Below the pieces are notes generated by a model, which did no database searches, had not been told where the DNA came from, and was given only the letters and a program-made list of their open reading frames with translations. This document shows positions 1 to 8,076 of a DNA stretch of 64,000 nt, piece by piece (the stretch's first letter is position 1; every line of letters begins with the position of its first letter). The DNA comes from a virus: the IMG/VR virus record IMGVR_UViG_3300033064_003894, positions 1 to 64,000 of that record. One strand, written 5' to 3'. The position numbers and the translations under genes were made by a program.

Positions 1-67
1 GGCAATAGAATAATCGGGTTCAGGTAACTCAGTAATAGTTAAATTTATTTTCTTTCCTTTGAACGGG

Positions 68-418
68 TTATGCACTAGGTTTAGAGATTCTCTCTACAAT
101 GATGGCTTGCCATTCTTCATTTGTGTACCGAGCTTCGCTTAGAATTGAAGAACAGCACAAAAGTGCGACAAAAAGGACAAGACCCGATAGCGTTGCAAAT
201 ACACAGCTAACACCTTGTTTAGTATTCATATTAAATTCATCCTTATTGAATTTAATGCATCCGAAAATTGAAATCAAAAGGACAATGGCTGATATTATTA
301 TAATATAAGGCAATACCACTATTGCTGTTTGAGCAGCTGACATGGATTGAATAATCTCTGCTTGTATTAAAGCGTCCCAGTTAATTTGTTCTTGCATTGG
401 TTCTCTCATTGTTTCCAT
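68..418 (-). CDS. hypothetical membrane protein (2 TM helices)
   Basis: ORF with two long hydrophobic stretches; co-directional with upstream genes. Confidence 0.6.
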   Translation of the reverse strand: METMREPMQEQINWDALIQAEIIQSMSAAQTAIVVLPYIIIISAIVLLISIFGCIKFNKDEFNMNTKQGVSCVFATLSGLVLFVALLCCSSILSEARYTNEEWQAIIVERISKPSA

Positions 419-617
419 TTGATTCCGCGTGCATCCTCCGCAGCCGCTCGATCTCGGCGGCTTGGTCGGTGATGTGGGCGCGGATCGTCAGCGACGGATT
501 CTCGTTACGACCGATGCGGAGGCGGGCCCTGTCCCACGCCTCGTTCGCGTCCTCGAAGGCTTGCTCCACCTCGTCCGGCAGCGTCGGGGATTGGGTATCT
601 TTGGTGTGTTCACTCAT
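381..617 (-). CDS. small hypothetical protein (MSEHTKDTQ...QAAEIERLRR), paralogous ends with 614..1003
   Basis: True start taken at ATG 617, which overlaps the TGA of 614..1003 (ATGA); shares N- and C-terminal segments with the upstream gene. Confidence 0.65.
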   Translation of the reverse strand: MSEHTKDTQSPTLPDEVEQAFEDANEAWDRARLRIGRNENPSLTIRAHITDQAAEIERLRRMHAESNGNNERTNARTN

Positions 618-1006
618 TGTGCAGCCTCCGAGCGCAGGCGGGAGAGTCCGGCTGCGGCCATCTTGCGCCATGACCCCTTGTTGCCGAGTCCGCCGCGAGC
701 CTTCTCGTCCATCATCAGCACCCACTCCAGCGCCACGATCTGGCCTCGGCGGTGGGCCCCACCGTCTACTGCAATCCATTCCAGCACCCGACGCAGCCGC
801 ACGATCTCGGCGGCTTGGGAGGTGATTCCCGCGATCAGCGAGTCACGCGCAGGCTTCACGATGTTGCACAGTTCGCAGCGGTAGCACGAGACGTGGCAGC
901 CGCGCTCGCAGCCGACGCGCTCAAGCACAATGCGCAGCGCCTCCGCGAGTTCAGGCGGCCAGGTGGTAGTCGAGGGTTGGGTATCTTTAGTGTGTTCACT
1001 CATTGT
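592..1006. repeat. dispersed direct repeats: ~29 bp ttgggtatcttt(g/a)gtgtgttcactcattgt at ~592-620 and ~978-1006; also cgcagccgc(t/a)cgatctcggcggcttgg at ~438-464 and ~792-818
   Basis: Read directly; single mismatches; they encode the shared gene starts and the QAAEIxRLRR segments. Confidence 0.85.
614..1003 (-). CDS. hypothetical Cys-rich protein (MSEHTKDTQ...QAAEIVRLRR)
   Basis: ATGA overlaps at both ends; CERGC/CYRC/C cluster. Confidence 0.65.
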   Translation of the reverse strand: MSEHTKDTQPSTTTWPPELAEALRIVLERVGCERGCHVSCYRCELCNIVKPARDSLIAGITSQAAEIVRLRRVLEWIAVDGGAHRRGQIVALEWVLMMDEKARGGLGNKGSWRKMAAAGLSRLRSEAAQ

Positions 1007-1221
1007 TTTGCTCCGTCTAGGAATGTCTCAGTTATGAAATCTGGGTTGCCTGTGCCTAGAAACTCATCAATGCCTTTGGCGCATCCTAGCGCGACGATCT
1101 GGTTAAACGACCCGAGTTCATCTTGTCGTAGTGTGAGAATACCGGCTAGGGCACCGTTGATGAATACTGCAACTTGACAGTGTTGTGTGGTTGGGTTTCT
1201 GTAGTTAAGTGTGATTTTCAT
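1000..1221 (-). CDS. small hypothetical protein (MKITLNY...)
   Basis: ATG at 1221 within ORF 1000..1506; stop overlaps next ATG. Confidence 0.55.
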   Translation of the reverse strand: MKITLNYRNPTTQHCQVAVFINGALAGILTLRQDELGSFNQIVALGCAKGIDEFLGTGNPDFITETFLDGAKQ

Positions 1222-1274
1222 CTTGCCACGTTTTAGAGTTGTAGGTGCCGGAGGCCGTAGCCACCGGCGTTGTG

Positions 1275-1595
1275 TTACTTCTGGTGCGTTCCCTCCACGG
1301 CGCGTGCTTCGCGGCCAGCCGTGCGCTTGTTGAGCCAGAGCAGCGCCGTCTCCAGGTGAGTCAGCGCGATGGCGTTCTCGCGGCAACTGAACTTGGAGGC
1401 TTGGTAGTACGCGATGCGCTGGATTGCGGCAGCGATCACACCCTCCACGAACGCGCCGTTTGGTTCGATGCGCTCGGCGTCGCGACCCAGAGGGCCGTTC
1501 TGCCATTCGATGCTAATGCCCGTGCCGGACACCGAGCCGCCAGCGGGGTTCCCGTCAGCGTTGTTGTTGTTTTCGCAGGTGAGGTTTTGGTTCAT
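1275..1595 (-). CDS. tad1: Tad1-family anti-defence sponge (Thoeris gcADPR / cyclic oligonucleotide binding)
   Basis: IEWQNGP...NG...QRIAYYQASKFSCRENAIALTHLETALLWLNKRTAGREARAVEGTHQK matches the Tad1 signature I.FQ.G...HG...RL..FQ...F..RENA.ALTH.EEAL.W.N.R...R..R.V.GT..K. Confidence 0.85.
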   Translation of the reverse strand: MNQNLTCENNNNADGNPAGGSVSGTGISIEWQNGPLGRDAERIEPNGAFVEGVIAAAIQRIAYYQASKFSCRENAIALTHLETALLWLNKRTAGREARAVEGTHQK

Positions 1596-1945
1596 TTAGT
1601 AACTCCGATGGCCGCGCACACGGCGGCGAGGTGGGTTGCGGTGGGGGCGAGCATGGTTTCCACAACAGACATTTCGAAGCAAGGGCTACTCGCGTCGAGC
1701 CTGTTGATGAACTCAACTCCGTAGCGCCGACGCTGCTCCAGCGTCATCGCGGCGACGAGCGCGGCGTAGGTGTCGAGGGAGTCGGGGCGGAGTATGAGCA
1801 GGACGCCGGAAGTCCATTTCCCGAACCACGCGATGTGATTCTCAGACTCGTAGTCATTCACTTGCCAGCAGCGATCATGTAGCAGCACACGGCAGCAGTC
1901 GGCGAGGAGTTCGGCGGGAGTCTTGGTGGTGGATTCGTTACTCAT
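1592..1945 (-). CDS. hypothetical protein (MSNESTTKT...)
   Basis: ATG 1945 overlaps end of 1938..2162; stop overlaps tad1 start. Confidence 0.6.
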   Translation of the reverse strand: MSNESTTKTPAELLADCCRVLLHDRCWQVNDYESENHIAWFGKWTSGVLLILRPDSLDTYAALVAAMTLEQRRRYGVEFINRLDASSPCFEMSVVETMLAPTATHLAAVCAAIGVTK

Positions 1946-2162
1946 TTCGGTGCTCCGGGGCAGGTGCAACAAGGCAGACATGGACAGTACGACTATCGTG
2001 GGGTTCCCATAGACGCCATCCAGCCCTAGTCTTTGTCCACTCCAGCCCAGGTTTGCCGCAGTATCGACAGGACTTGGGCTCCCACTCGTAGAGCGGGACA
2101 TCCTCCCCGTCAATATTACTATCAAAGCCCTGCCCACTAAGCCAGTCGGCCATTTCTCCCAT
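1938..2162 (-). CDS. small Zn-binding phage protein (MGEMADW...CRYC...HVC)
   Basis: CxxC plus HxC ligands; TGATG coupling to upstream gene. Confidence 0.65.
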   Translation of the reverse strand: MGEMADWLSGQGFDSNIDGEDVPLYEWEPKSCRYCGKPGLEWTKTRAGWRLWEPHDSRTVHVCLVAPAPEHRNE

Positions 2163-2587
2163 CAGACCACCTCCCCGGCCAGCGGCTCGTCGAGGGCGGC
2201 GCGGAGTTCGGCGGCGCAGGAGTTCAGGCCGTTACAGAATCCTTGCTCCCCTTGTGTAGCAGCGGGGAAACTTGCCGACGCCTTCCACCTCCCAACCAGC
2301 GCCCTTATCGTGTTGAGTTTATGCGCCGCCTCTTCTCGCACTTCTGCCATCTGCCGCTCCCACGCGAGCGCGGCGGCGCTGATCTGGCGGCAGACTTCCT
2401 TGGGTTCGCCGGACAGATGCACCTCGCGGATGGTGGTGTTTGCCGACGAGCCGTAAACAATAGAGCGCCCGCAGTGGCCTACTACGGACAGGCCAAGGAT
2501 GGGGTGTAGATAACTGGACACCGCGCCGTGGACGGTGAGGACCCACTCGGGGCCGGGGTGGTCGGGTTGGTGTTCGGTATCGTTCAT
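2162..2587 (-). CDS. hypothetical protein (MNDTEHQP...)
   Basis: ATG 2587 overlaps TGA of 2584..2817. Confidence 0.6.
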   Translation of the reverse strand: MNDTEHQPDHPGPEWVLTVHGAVSSYLHPILGLSVVGHCGRSIVYGSSANTTIREVHLSGEPKEVCRQISAAALAWERQMAEVREEAAHKLNTIRALVGRWKASASFPAATQGEQGFCNGLNSCAAELRAALDEPLAGEVV

Positions 2588-2817
2588 GCGGGCAGTTGGG
2601 GATTCGGATGATTCTGGGCTTCTGTCGGATGATTGTCGGATGGTTGTTGCTGGGTGCTCGGGCAGGGATTCGGGTGGAGGCATACGCGCTTGCCGTCTAC
2701 CATCGTGTAGGGGCCGGGGCAGCAGCGGGACCGCTGGTAGGCGTGCCACGCTGCTGAACCTACAGAAATCTTTCCCTCTCTGACGAGGCGTTCGACGTGG
2801 GTTTCGGTATCGTTCAT
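2584..2817 (-). CDS. hypothetical protein (MNDTETHV...)
   Basis: AGAGGA SD upstream; first gene of GC-rich island. Confidence 0.55.
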   Translation of the reverse strand: MNDTETHVERLVREGKISVGSAAWHAYQRSRCCPGPYTMVDGKRVCLHPNPCPSTQQQPSDNHPTEAQNHPNPQLPA

Positions 2818-2879
2818 TTCGTGTCCTCTGTCATGATTGATTTGTGTTTCTTATTGTTAAGGATTTTATCCATAAAGGT

Positions 2880-3272
2880 TTATCCCATATTTTTATATAG
2901 TTTTGTTGATCCCAGTTGACTGAAATTTAGCTTAAGGCCCCTGCGTGACATTTCAATTAGCAAGTATTTGAATGAACTAACATTTGCTTTCCTTGGATTG
3001 TCTCCACCATGCCCGTAATAGCTATATCCATTGTAATAAATAAACGTCACAATGGTATATAATAAATCAATATTATTAATTTTTTCTATCTCGCGAATAA
3101 TACCTAGCCCCATACTCCAGACAGGCTTAAGGCCATTAATAGAAATTTCCTCATCAATACTTATATTTCTTATTTGGTGCTCTGCCGCTGATATGACTAA
3201 CATTCTATAAAATGCTGTTTCGTATTGTATATTATCCAATGTAGAATAATTAGCCACGGCTCTTTTATTCAT
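2880..3272 (-). CDS. hypothetical protein
   Basis: ATG 3272 overlaps end of upstream gene. Confidence 0.55.
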   Translation of the reverse strand: MNKRAVANYSTLDNIQYETAFYRMLVISAAEHQIRNISIDEEISINGLKPVWSMGLGIIREIEKINNIDLLYTIVTFIYYNGYSYYGHGGDNPRKANVSSFKYLLIEMSRRGLKLNFSQLGSTKLYKNMG

Positions 3273-3693
3273 TGTCCTCAAGTCCTCGAAGCTTATCCAT
3301 AACGTTTTTCACCTTCACCTTAGAATCCTCCGAACGTGTAGGTCTGTTCCCATATCTGCGAGGAATAGGTGAACTGCGCTCAGCTTCAACAGATGCGATC
3401 CATCTTGCCATAGTACGGTCTGAAATGCCAAGAGAGCTTGCGGCAAGCCCTCGATGCCAATTTACAGAGGCTAAAACAGATAACATTACTCCATTTTGTA
3501 TTTCATCGTAGGTTAATCCAATTAAAGAGCGCAGCCTTGTAGGAATGCTTTCGAGCCAGTCAGCTTCACAGAACCCACACTCTCGCGGATCGTGACTCTC
3601 TGTGTAGGATTTCTGGCAATGATTGCACCCCTCTTCAGCCCCACCGCATTCGTACGGGTGTTTATCCATCTTAATGCTAACGTGTCCGATCAT
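3265..3693 (-). CDS. Fis-type HTH DNA-binding protein with N-terminal Cys/His cluster
   Basis: NWHRGLAASSLGISDRTMARWI resembles Fis/HTH_8; CNHC and CGFC; GGAGG SD. Confidence 0.6.
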   Translation of the reverse strand: MIGHVSIKMDKHPYECGGAEEGCNHCQKSYTESHDPRECGFCEADWLESIPTRLRSLIGLTYDEIQNGVMLSVLASVNWHRGLAASSLGISDRTMARWIASVEAERSSPIPRRYGNRPTRSEDSKVKVKNVMDKLRGLEDNE

Positions 3694-3726
3694 CTCTTAA
3701 CCTCCAGTCCGCGCTTGTGAATTTAT

Positions 3727-4110
3727 TCATGACCTTATTACCTCCAAAATAGAAACTGACCTCTGCTCCCATGTTGCAGAAGCTAAAAGAATAAGCTGTT
3801 CAGTTTGACTGTCTACGCCAGTAAAACTCTTTCCGGTATATACGTATTCTTGTAAAATCTTAACCCACGTATGACCTTTGTCTTCATTAATAATCTTCTG
3901 CTCTACTAATGCTAGGTCCATTAAATTATGCAATGCGAAAACAGAACGAGCATACTTCTCACCATCTTTTGGTTTAGCTACAGCAGCAGGATAACTTGCT
4001 CCTATTAATTCACTCCACCCCCAATCGGGTTGAAGATAACTAGCAATTTCTATTGCATGTGAGCTTGTTAGTATTTTGCTTAGCGATGTCAGCATGTTAT
4101 TTTCGCTCAT
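3727..4110 (-). CDS. hypothetical protein
   Basis: ORF in co-directional run. Confidence 0.6.
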   Translation of the reverse strand: MSENNMLTSLSKILTSSHAIEIASYLQPDWGWSELIGASYPAAVAKPKDGEKYARSVFALHNLMDLALVEQKIINEDKGHTWVKILQEYVYTGKSFTGVDSQTEQLILLASATWEQRSVSILEVIRS

Positions 4111-4120
4111 TTGTATCTTT

Positions 4121-4369
4121 TTATAAGGTGAAGCATACTGTCAGTACCCACGCCAGAACTGCGCCTAGTAAGAAGTAGAAAAGGTTTGCCATTATTTTAA
4201 GGTTACGGTTATGCTTCGACATTTTTTCCTCGTAAGCATTAGTTCTTAAAGTGTCAAACCGTTCATTTATTCGACCAACATGATAAGACAATGATTCCCT
4301 AAGATTTTTACTTTTTTCCTTCAAATAGGCAATTTCATTTTCAAACTTCTCTTCCTTTTTCTTTTCCAT
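4121..4369 (-). CDS. coiled-coil protein with C-terminal TM anchor
   Basis: AGGAG SD; hydrophobic C-terminus; GGTATAAA motif at 4404-4411. Confidence 0.65.
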   Translation of the reverse strand: MEKKKEEKFENEIAYLKEKSKNLRESLSYHVGRINERFDTLRTNAYEEKMSKHNRNLKIMANLFYFLLGAVLAWVLTVCFTL

Positions 4370-4460
4370 TTGATCTCCTATTGCACGGTATTGTGCTTAA
4401 GTATTTATACCTGGTTGTCATATGGTTCTTAAGACTGTAGCTATCCACTGGAACTCAATA

Positions 4461-5015
4461 TCAAAGACCCTCTCTGGATACATCTTCAGTCTTGTCTTTC
4501 ATTTCTGCAATTATCATGTCGTGCGCATATACAGTTTCAATCTTGTAAATCTCATCTTTAACATACTTAGAGATAGCCGCTTCTCCTAGCCCATCTAAGG
4601 CCCTCACATCTTTAAGTGCAGAAAGTCTACCAGATTCTAGAGACTCTCCTATTTCAAAGCTTAGCTTAGATATGCACGAAGTAAGGCTCTCATTATTCAT
4701 GTACATTTCATGTCTGATGCGAGATATCGTGTGATGACATTCGTCTAATTTGTCATTGACCAACCCCTTTTTAAGCGCCTCAATCTGACTTATTTTTAAA
4801 GCCTCATCCGTAATGCGCCTCATCAAAAGATCCGTGTTAGCTTTCTTTAAAGCTTCTATGTCGCGCACTAGATATTTAATTGATGTCTCCTTTGTTTTCA
4901 TATATTCCAACGCCTCTTCGGAGCACGTGCAATTGCGGCATTCGCCTTCTTCAAGCAAATTCTCTGCACATTCGCATTCCCCAAAGCCATCAAACCAATC
5001 AGGCATTCTAATCAT
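4461..5015 (-). CDS. hypothetical protein, N-terminal Cys cluster and coiled coil
   Basis: Promoter motif 5 nt upstream of ATG. Confidence 0.65.
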   Translation of the reverse strand: MIRMPDWFDGFGECECAENLLEEGECRNCTCSEEALEYMKTKETSIKYLVRDIEALKKANTDLLMRRITDEALKISQIEALKKGLVNDKLDECHHTISRIRHEMYMNNESLTSCISKLSFEIGESLESGRLSALKDVRALDGLGEAAISKYVKDEIYKIETVYAHDMIIAEMKDKTEDVSREGL

Positions 5016-5053
5016 ATCGAGTTATACCTTTTAAAAAATAAATTTATTTATAA

Positions 5054-5305
5054 TTAATCCTCTAGATCTTCGCCGTAAATTGGCTTAGGCTCTTTTGTCG
5101 CCTTTACCTTTTTCTTTCTGCAACGAGAGCACAAAGATTTTATAATAGACAAGACGCTATGCTTTGACGGATTATCATGCATACAGAACAGGCAGACAGG
5201 TCCGTCATGCAAATCGTCACTGTGACCAAAGATCCAGCACAACGGACGTTGATAAACAAACAGAATTCTATCTAAATAACAACCTAGCTTTTTGTGTATT
5301 TTCAT
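5054..5305 (-). CDS. small Cys/His protein (LCWIFGH...CLFC)
   Basis: SD AGAGGA; C...GH...CxxC motif common in small phage proteins. Confidence 0.6.
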   Translation of the reverse strand: MKIHKKLGCYLDRILFVYQRPLCWIFGHSDDLHDGPVCLFCMHDNPSKHSVLSIIKSLCSRCRKKKVKATKEPKPIYGEDLED

Positions 5306-5370
5306 TTTAGTCCTCTAGTCCTATCGGAAGCTTTATTTCTTTTGGTTTATGCTGCATTACGTATTATACC

Positions 5371-5392
5371 AAAAAGGGGGCTTTTAGGCCCC
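5371..5392 (-). terminator. intrinsic terminator after 5399..5719
   Basis: Minus strand GGGGC-CTAAAA-GCCCC then CTTTTT. Confidence 0.7.
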
Positions 5393-5398
5393 AGGAGA

Positions 5399-5719
5399 TT
5401 ACCGCTCTCTCGACTTCGAGTAAGAGTCGAGTTCTTCGCAGCGTAGGAACCCTTGGAACTTGGCAATCATTGCAATACCAAGTGTGGCGGCAGGTCGTGC
5501 GTTGTCACCGCACTCACCATTGAGGACTGACTTTGAGATTTGATTGAAGTCAAAGCCATCCTCTGAATCAAGAAGATTTACGTCTTTCAACATCACCTTA
5601 GTCTTCTCAGACAGCTCCTTAGGAGTGTTGCCTCTCGACGTTCTCCACCCAAACTCGATGAGTTCAAGAAGGGCGTCTGTAATCAACATCTGTTTTTTTG
5701 TAAGTAGCTCAGTTCTCAT
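5399..5719 (-). CDS. hypothetical protein
   Basis: Leaderless-type promoter, own terminator, GC-richer codon usage. Confidence 0.7.
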   Translation of the reverse strand: MRTELLTKKQMLITDALLELIEFGWRTSRGNTPKELSEKTKVMLKDVNLLDSEDGFDFNQISKSVLNGECGDNARPAATLGIAMIAKFQGFLRCEELDSYSKSRER

Positions 5720-5751
5720 CTGTATTTATACCGTCCTAGAGAGCTCATTTT

Positions 5752-6069
5752 TCATCCAAGAGACACTAGAAGCCCATCTCCATTAAACTGAGCTTTCATT
5801 TTCAAAAGCTGTTCAGAGCATCTTACCATCAGGGAAGTCTTCGGATAATCCAGTGGGGCCTCTTGACACCACTTAATAAAGTCATATATTGCATAAGCTT
5901 GGCCGCTACTAAAAGAAGTGTTATTGTATAGCATGTCTAGCCGTATTTCAGCGATCATCCCCTTTATGCTTGATGCCCTAGAGTAGTTACCTTCAGCATG
6001 CTCCAGTTCATATAGCTTTTCCCATCTATCAAGTGTTCTATTTAAAGCATCTTCTATTGAGTCATCCAT
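5752..6069 (-). CDS. hypothetical protein
   Basis: GGTATAAT 5 nt before ATG. Confidence 0.65.
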   Translation of the reverse strand: MDDSIEDALNRTLDRWEKLYELEHAEGNYSRASSIKGMIAEIRLDMLYNNTSFSSGQAYAIYDFIKWCQEAPLDYPKTSLMVRCSEQLLKMKAQFNGDGLLVSLG

Positions 6070-6131
6070 TAATAATTATACCGCAAAAAGATGTAAAAAT
6101 AAATGAATTCGTTTAAATAACGCGCAACCAA

Positions 6132-6398
6132 TCAAGGCCTAAGCTGTTTACTCATGATAATTTTAGTCTCCAAATTTGCCACGGCATCACGTTTGCCATT
6201 TGATATCAATATTTCGTCTATGCAGTCAATCAGGGCAATTACAACATGTTCATTCAGCATTTCTTGTGATAAAGAAACAATCATGTTGTCTTCGATACCG
6301 ATTACAGCCTCTTTTTTTAATAGGCTATATTTAACCATTATGCTTCGTAGTGCACTTAAGTTTCTAGGCAGATTACTCATCTTTTTTATTCCGACCAA
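6132..6398 (-). CDS. hypothetical protein
   Basis: ORF in co-directional run; true start may be MSNLP. Confidence 0.5.
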   Translation of the reverse strand: MVGIKKMSNLPRNLSALRSIMVKYSLLKKEAVIGIEDNMIVSLSQEMLNEHVVIALIDCIDEILISNGKRDAVANLETKIIMSKQLRP

Positions 6399-6891
6399 AG
6401 CAATATTTTTTAATCTGTGTTATTAGATTCTTACACTGAGTCTCAACATAGGCTGTTGTCTTTATAGTTTCGGTACCTCTGTTATGGTTAAGTACATTAA
6501 GAAACGAATACTCCTCTGACATAAGTGATGGGTCAGGAAGGTCATTATGATGCCTGCAGTCAAAGCCTATCCACCATCCTGGACCTAGTTCAGCGAATTC
6601 ATTAGAATATGTGATACTTCCATGTACATTAAAAAGAACGTTCATTGGTATAGAATCTTCTTCATTTGGTGTCTCACTCATTGAATGCAACAGTATTGGT
6701 ATAACCCCCCTGTCGCCTATTTTCTCTTCCATTACTGATCCTATATTTAATCCAATCAATGGCTCACTCTGCTCTTTTCCGTACAGGTAGTGTCCATTTG
6801 GTATGCTTACATATCCGCACCTGTGTCCCATCTCTGTGCCAATAACAACATAATCCATTCCAAGGTATACTTTACGTTTTTCTATTAACAT
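6373..6891 (-). CDS. conserved phage protein of unknown function (HRCGYV...VHG.ITY...WWIGFDC.H)
   Basis: Recognisable widespread phage motif set. Confidence 0.7.
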   Translation of the reverse strand: MLIEKRKVYLGMDYVVIGTEMGHRCGYVSIPNGHYLYGKEQSEPLIGLNIGSVMEEKIGDRGVIPILLHSMSETPNEEDSIPMNVLFNVHGSITYSNEFAELGPGWWIGFDCRHHNDLPDPSLMSEEYSFLNVLNHNRGTETIKTTAYVETQCKNLITQIKKYCFGRNKKDE

Positions 6892-7522
6892 CTTTAATTA
6901 CCTCATAGGCGGCCCCAACAGAACATAGTATTTTGTGTATGGAACCGTAATCATTTAATATTATATTTAGCAAAGCGTGTTGAACTTTTGCATCATATAG
7001 AGCAGTATGTTTAAGCGTGTTTTCATTCATCGAGTGCACTGCAGCTCTCTTTTTTATCTTGTAAAGGTCTTTAGCTTTATGTAGACTTTCAGAGCCTTGT
7101 CCAACCTTTATTTCTAAAAGAGGATAAAACAAAGAAAATAGATCTAAGCTTCTTATCTTTTTGAATGGATAGAGCTCCTCTCCAAACCATGAGCGTAAAT
7201 ATGGAAGGTCGAACTGTGTTGGTTGTGCCACTATTACGTGCTCAACGTCTTTATCTCTGTCTATATATTCAATGAGAGCAGAAGACATTTGTTCTTTTGA
7301 AATGCCTGAGAGAAGGCAACCTATCTGGTTGTAAGAATGCGCCTCTTCGTTAATATTCTGAAACCAAGACATGGTATCTTCATGCCATCTCAAGTTTTCT
7401 TCCTTGTAAAATAGTTCCATGTCTTCGTCATTGGAGGTAATCCCTATTGATATAACATCATTCATGAGTGGGTTAGGCCCAGAACACTCTATGTCTATAG
7501 ACAAATACTTTACTGGCTTCAT
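6872..7522 (-). CDS. DEDDh 3'-5' exonuclease (DnaQ/RNase T-like)
   Basis: Exo I SIDIECSG, Exo II FDLPYL, Exo III HTALYDA. Confidence 0.85.
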   Translation of the reverse strand: MKPVKYLSIDIECSGPNPLMNDVISIGITSNDEDMELFYKEENLRWHEDTMSWFQNINEEAHSYNQIGCLLSGISKEQMSSALIEYIDRDKDVEHVIVAQPTQFDLPYLRSWFGEELYPFKKIRSLDLFSLFYPLLEIKVGQGSESLHKAKDLYKIKKRAAVHSMNENTLKHTALYDAKVQHALLNIILNDYGSIHKILCSVGAAYEVIKDVNRKT

Positions 7523-7573
7523 TGTTTGTTATACCAACTTTGCTTATTATTTTGTTAAGAATATAATGATCAA

Positions 7574-8071
7574 ATGTCAAGCTTGAATAAAGCATACCTA
7601 TTCAATGGAATGTTCAAAGAGGCACTTAAGAATGTCAGGCCTAAACTTACTCAGGCCGAATTAGACAAGATACCAAGACAGCCTCCGATAGATAGGTCAA
7701 AAGGGATCCTAGCGGCAGACGACTACAATTGGAAAAATAAGGGTGCTACTCCTAAAGGTCCGGGTCTTTGGAGCAGAATAAAAAATAGAGGCGTTACTCA
7801 AGAGCAGAAGACCTTAATGTCTGGTCTTAAAGCTGGACAAGTAGAGCGTGCTCAGGCTCCTGCTCAGGCTCCTGCTCAGGCTCAGAGGACTCCTCTTGAT
7901 CCTACAGAGGTTGCATCAAGGAAGGAGAGATACAAGAGGTCTGTAGGTAAAGCTAAGCTTGGAAGATTCATTAAGCATCCAGGAACAATTGCGGCTGGAC
8001 TTGGATTAGGTGCTATTGGTGCTATTGGTGCGTATAATTTATCTAAACCCTCTAGTAAGCAAGAGTATTAA
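7574..8071 (+). CDS. basic protein with C-terminal Gly-zipper helix, probable internal virion protein
   Basis: K/R-rich; AAGLGLGAIGAIGAY; N-terminal FKEA; TATAAT 6 nt before ATG. Confidence 0.6.
   Translation: MSSLNKAYLFNGMFKEALKNVRPKLTQAELDKIPRQPPIDRSKGILAADDYNWKNKGATPKGPGLWSRIKNRGVTQEQKTLMSGLKAGQVERAQAPAQAPAQAQRTPLDPTEVASRKERYKRSVGKAKLGRFIKHPGTIAAGLGLGAIGAIGAYNLSKPSSKQEY
7849..7883 (+). repeat. 12-bp tandem repeat (tgctcaggctcc x~3) encoding AQAP
   Basis: Read directly. Confidence 0.9.
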
Positions 8072-8076
8072 AGTAA

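Larger units (their letters stand above)
430..2817 (-). other. GC-rich horizontally acquired small-gene island
   Basis: Visibly GC-rich compared with AT-rich flanks; abrupt transitions near 430 and 2820; eight tightly packed genes. Confidence 0.75.

Noticed and set aside
438-1006. CRISPR array or DGR template/variable repeat pair from the 27-29 bp repeats
   Set aside because: Only two copies each, 350-390 bp apart, in coding frame; single mismatches; no cas or reverse transcriptase gene in the window
397-2783. Plus-strand ORFs and long N-terminal extensions across the GC-rich island
   Set aside because: Shadow ORFs expected at high GC; minus-strand genes tile with start/stop overlaps
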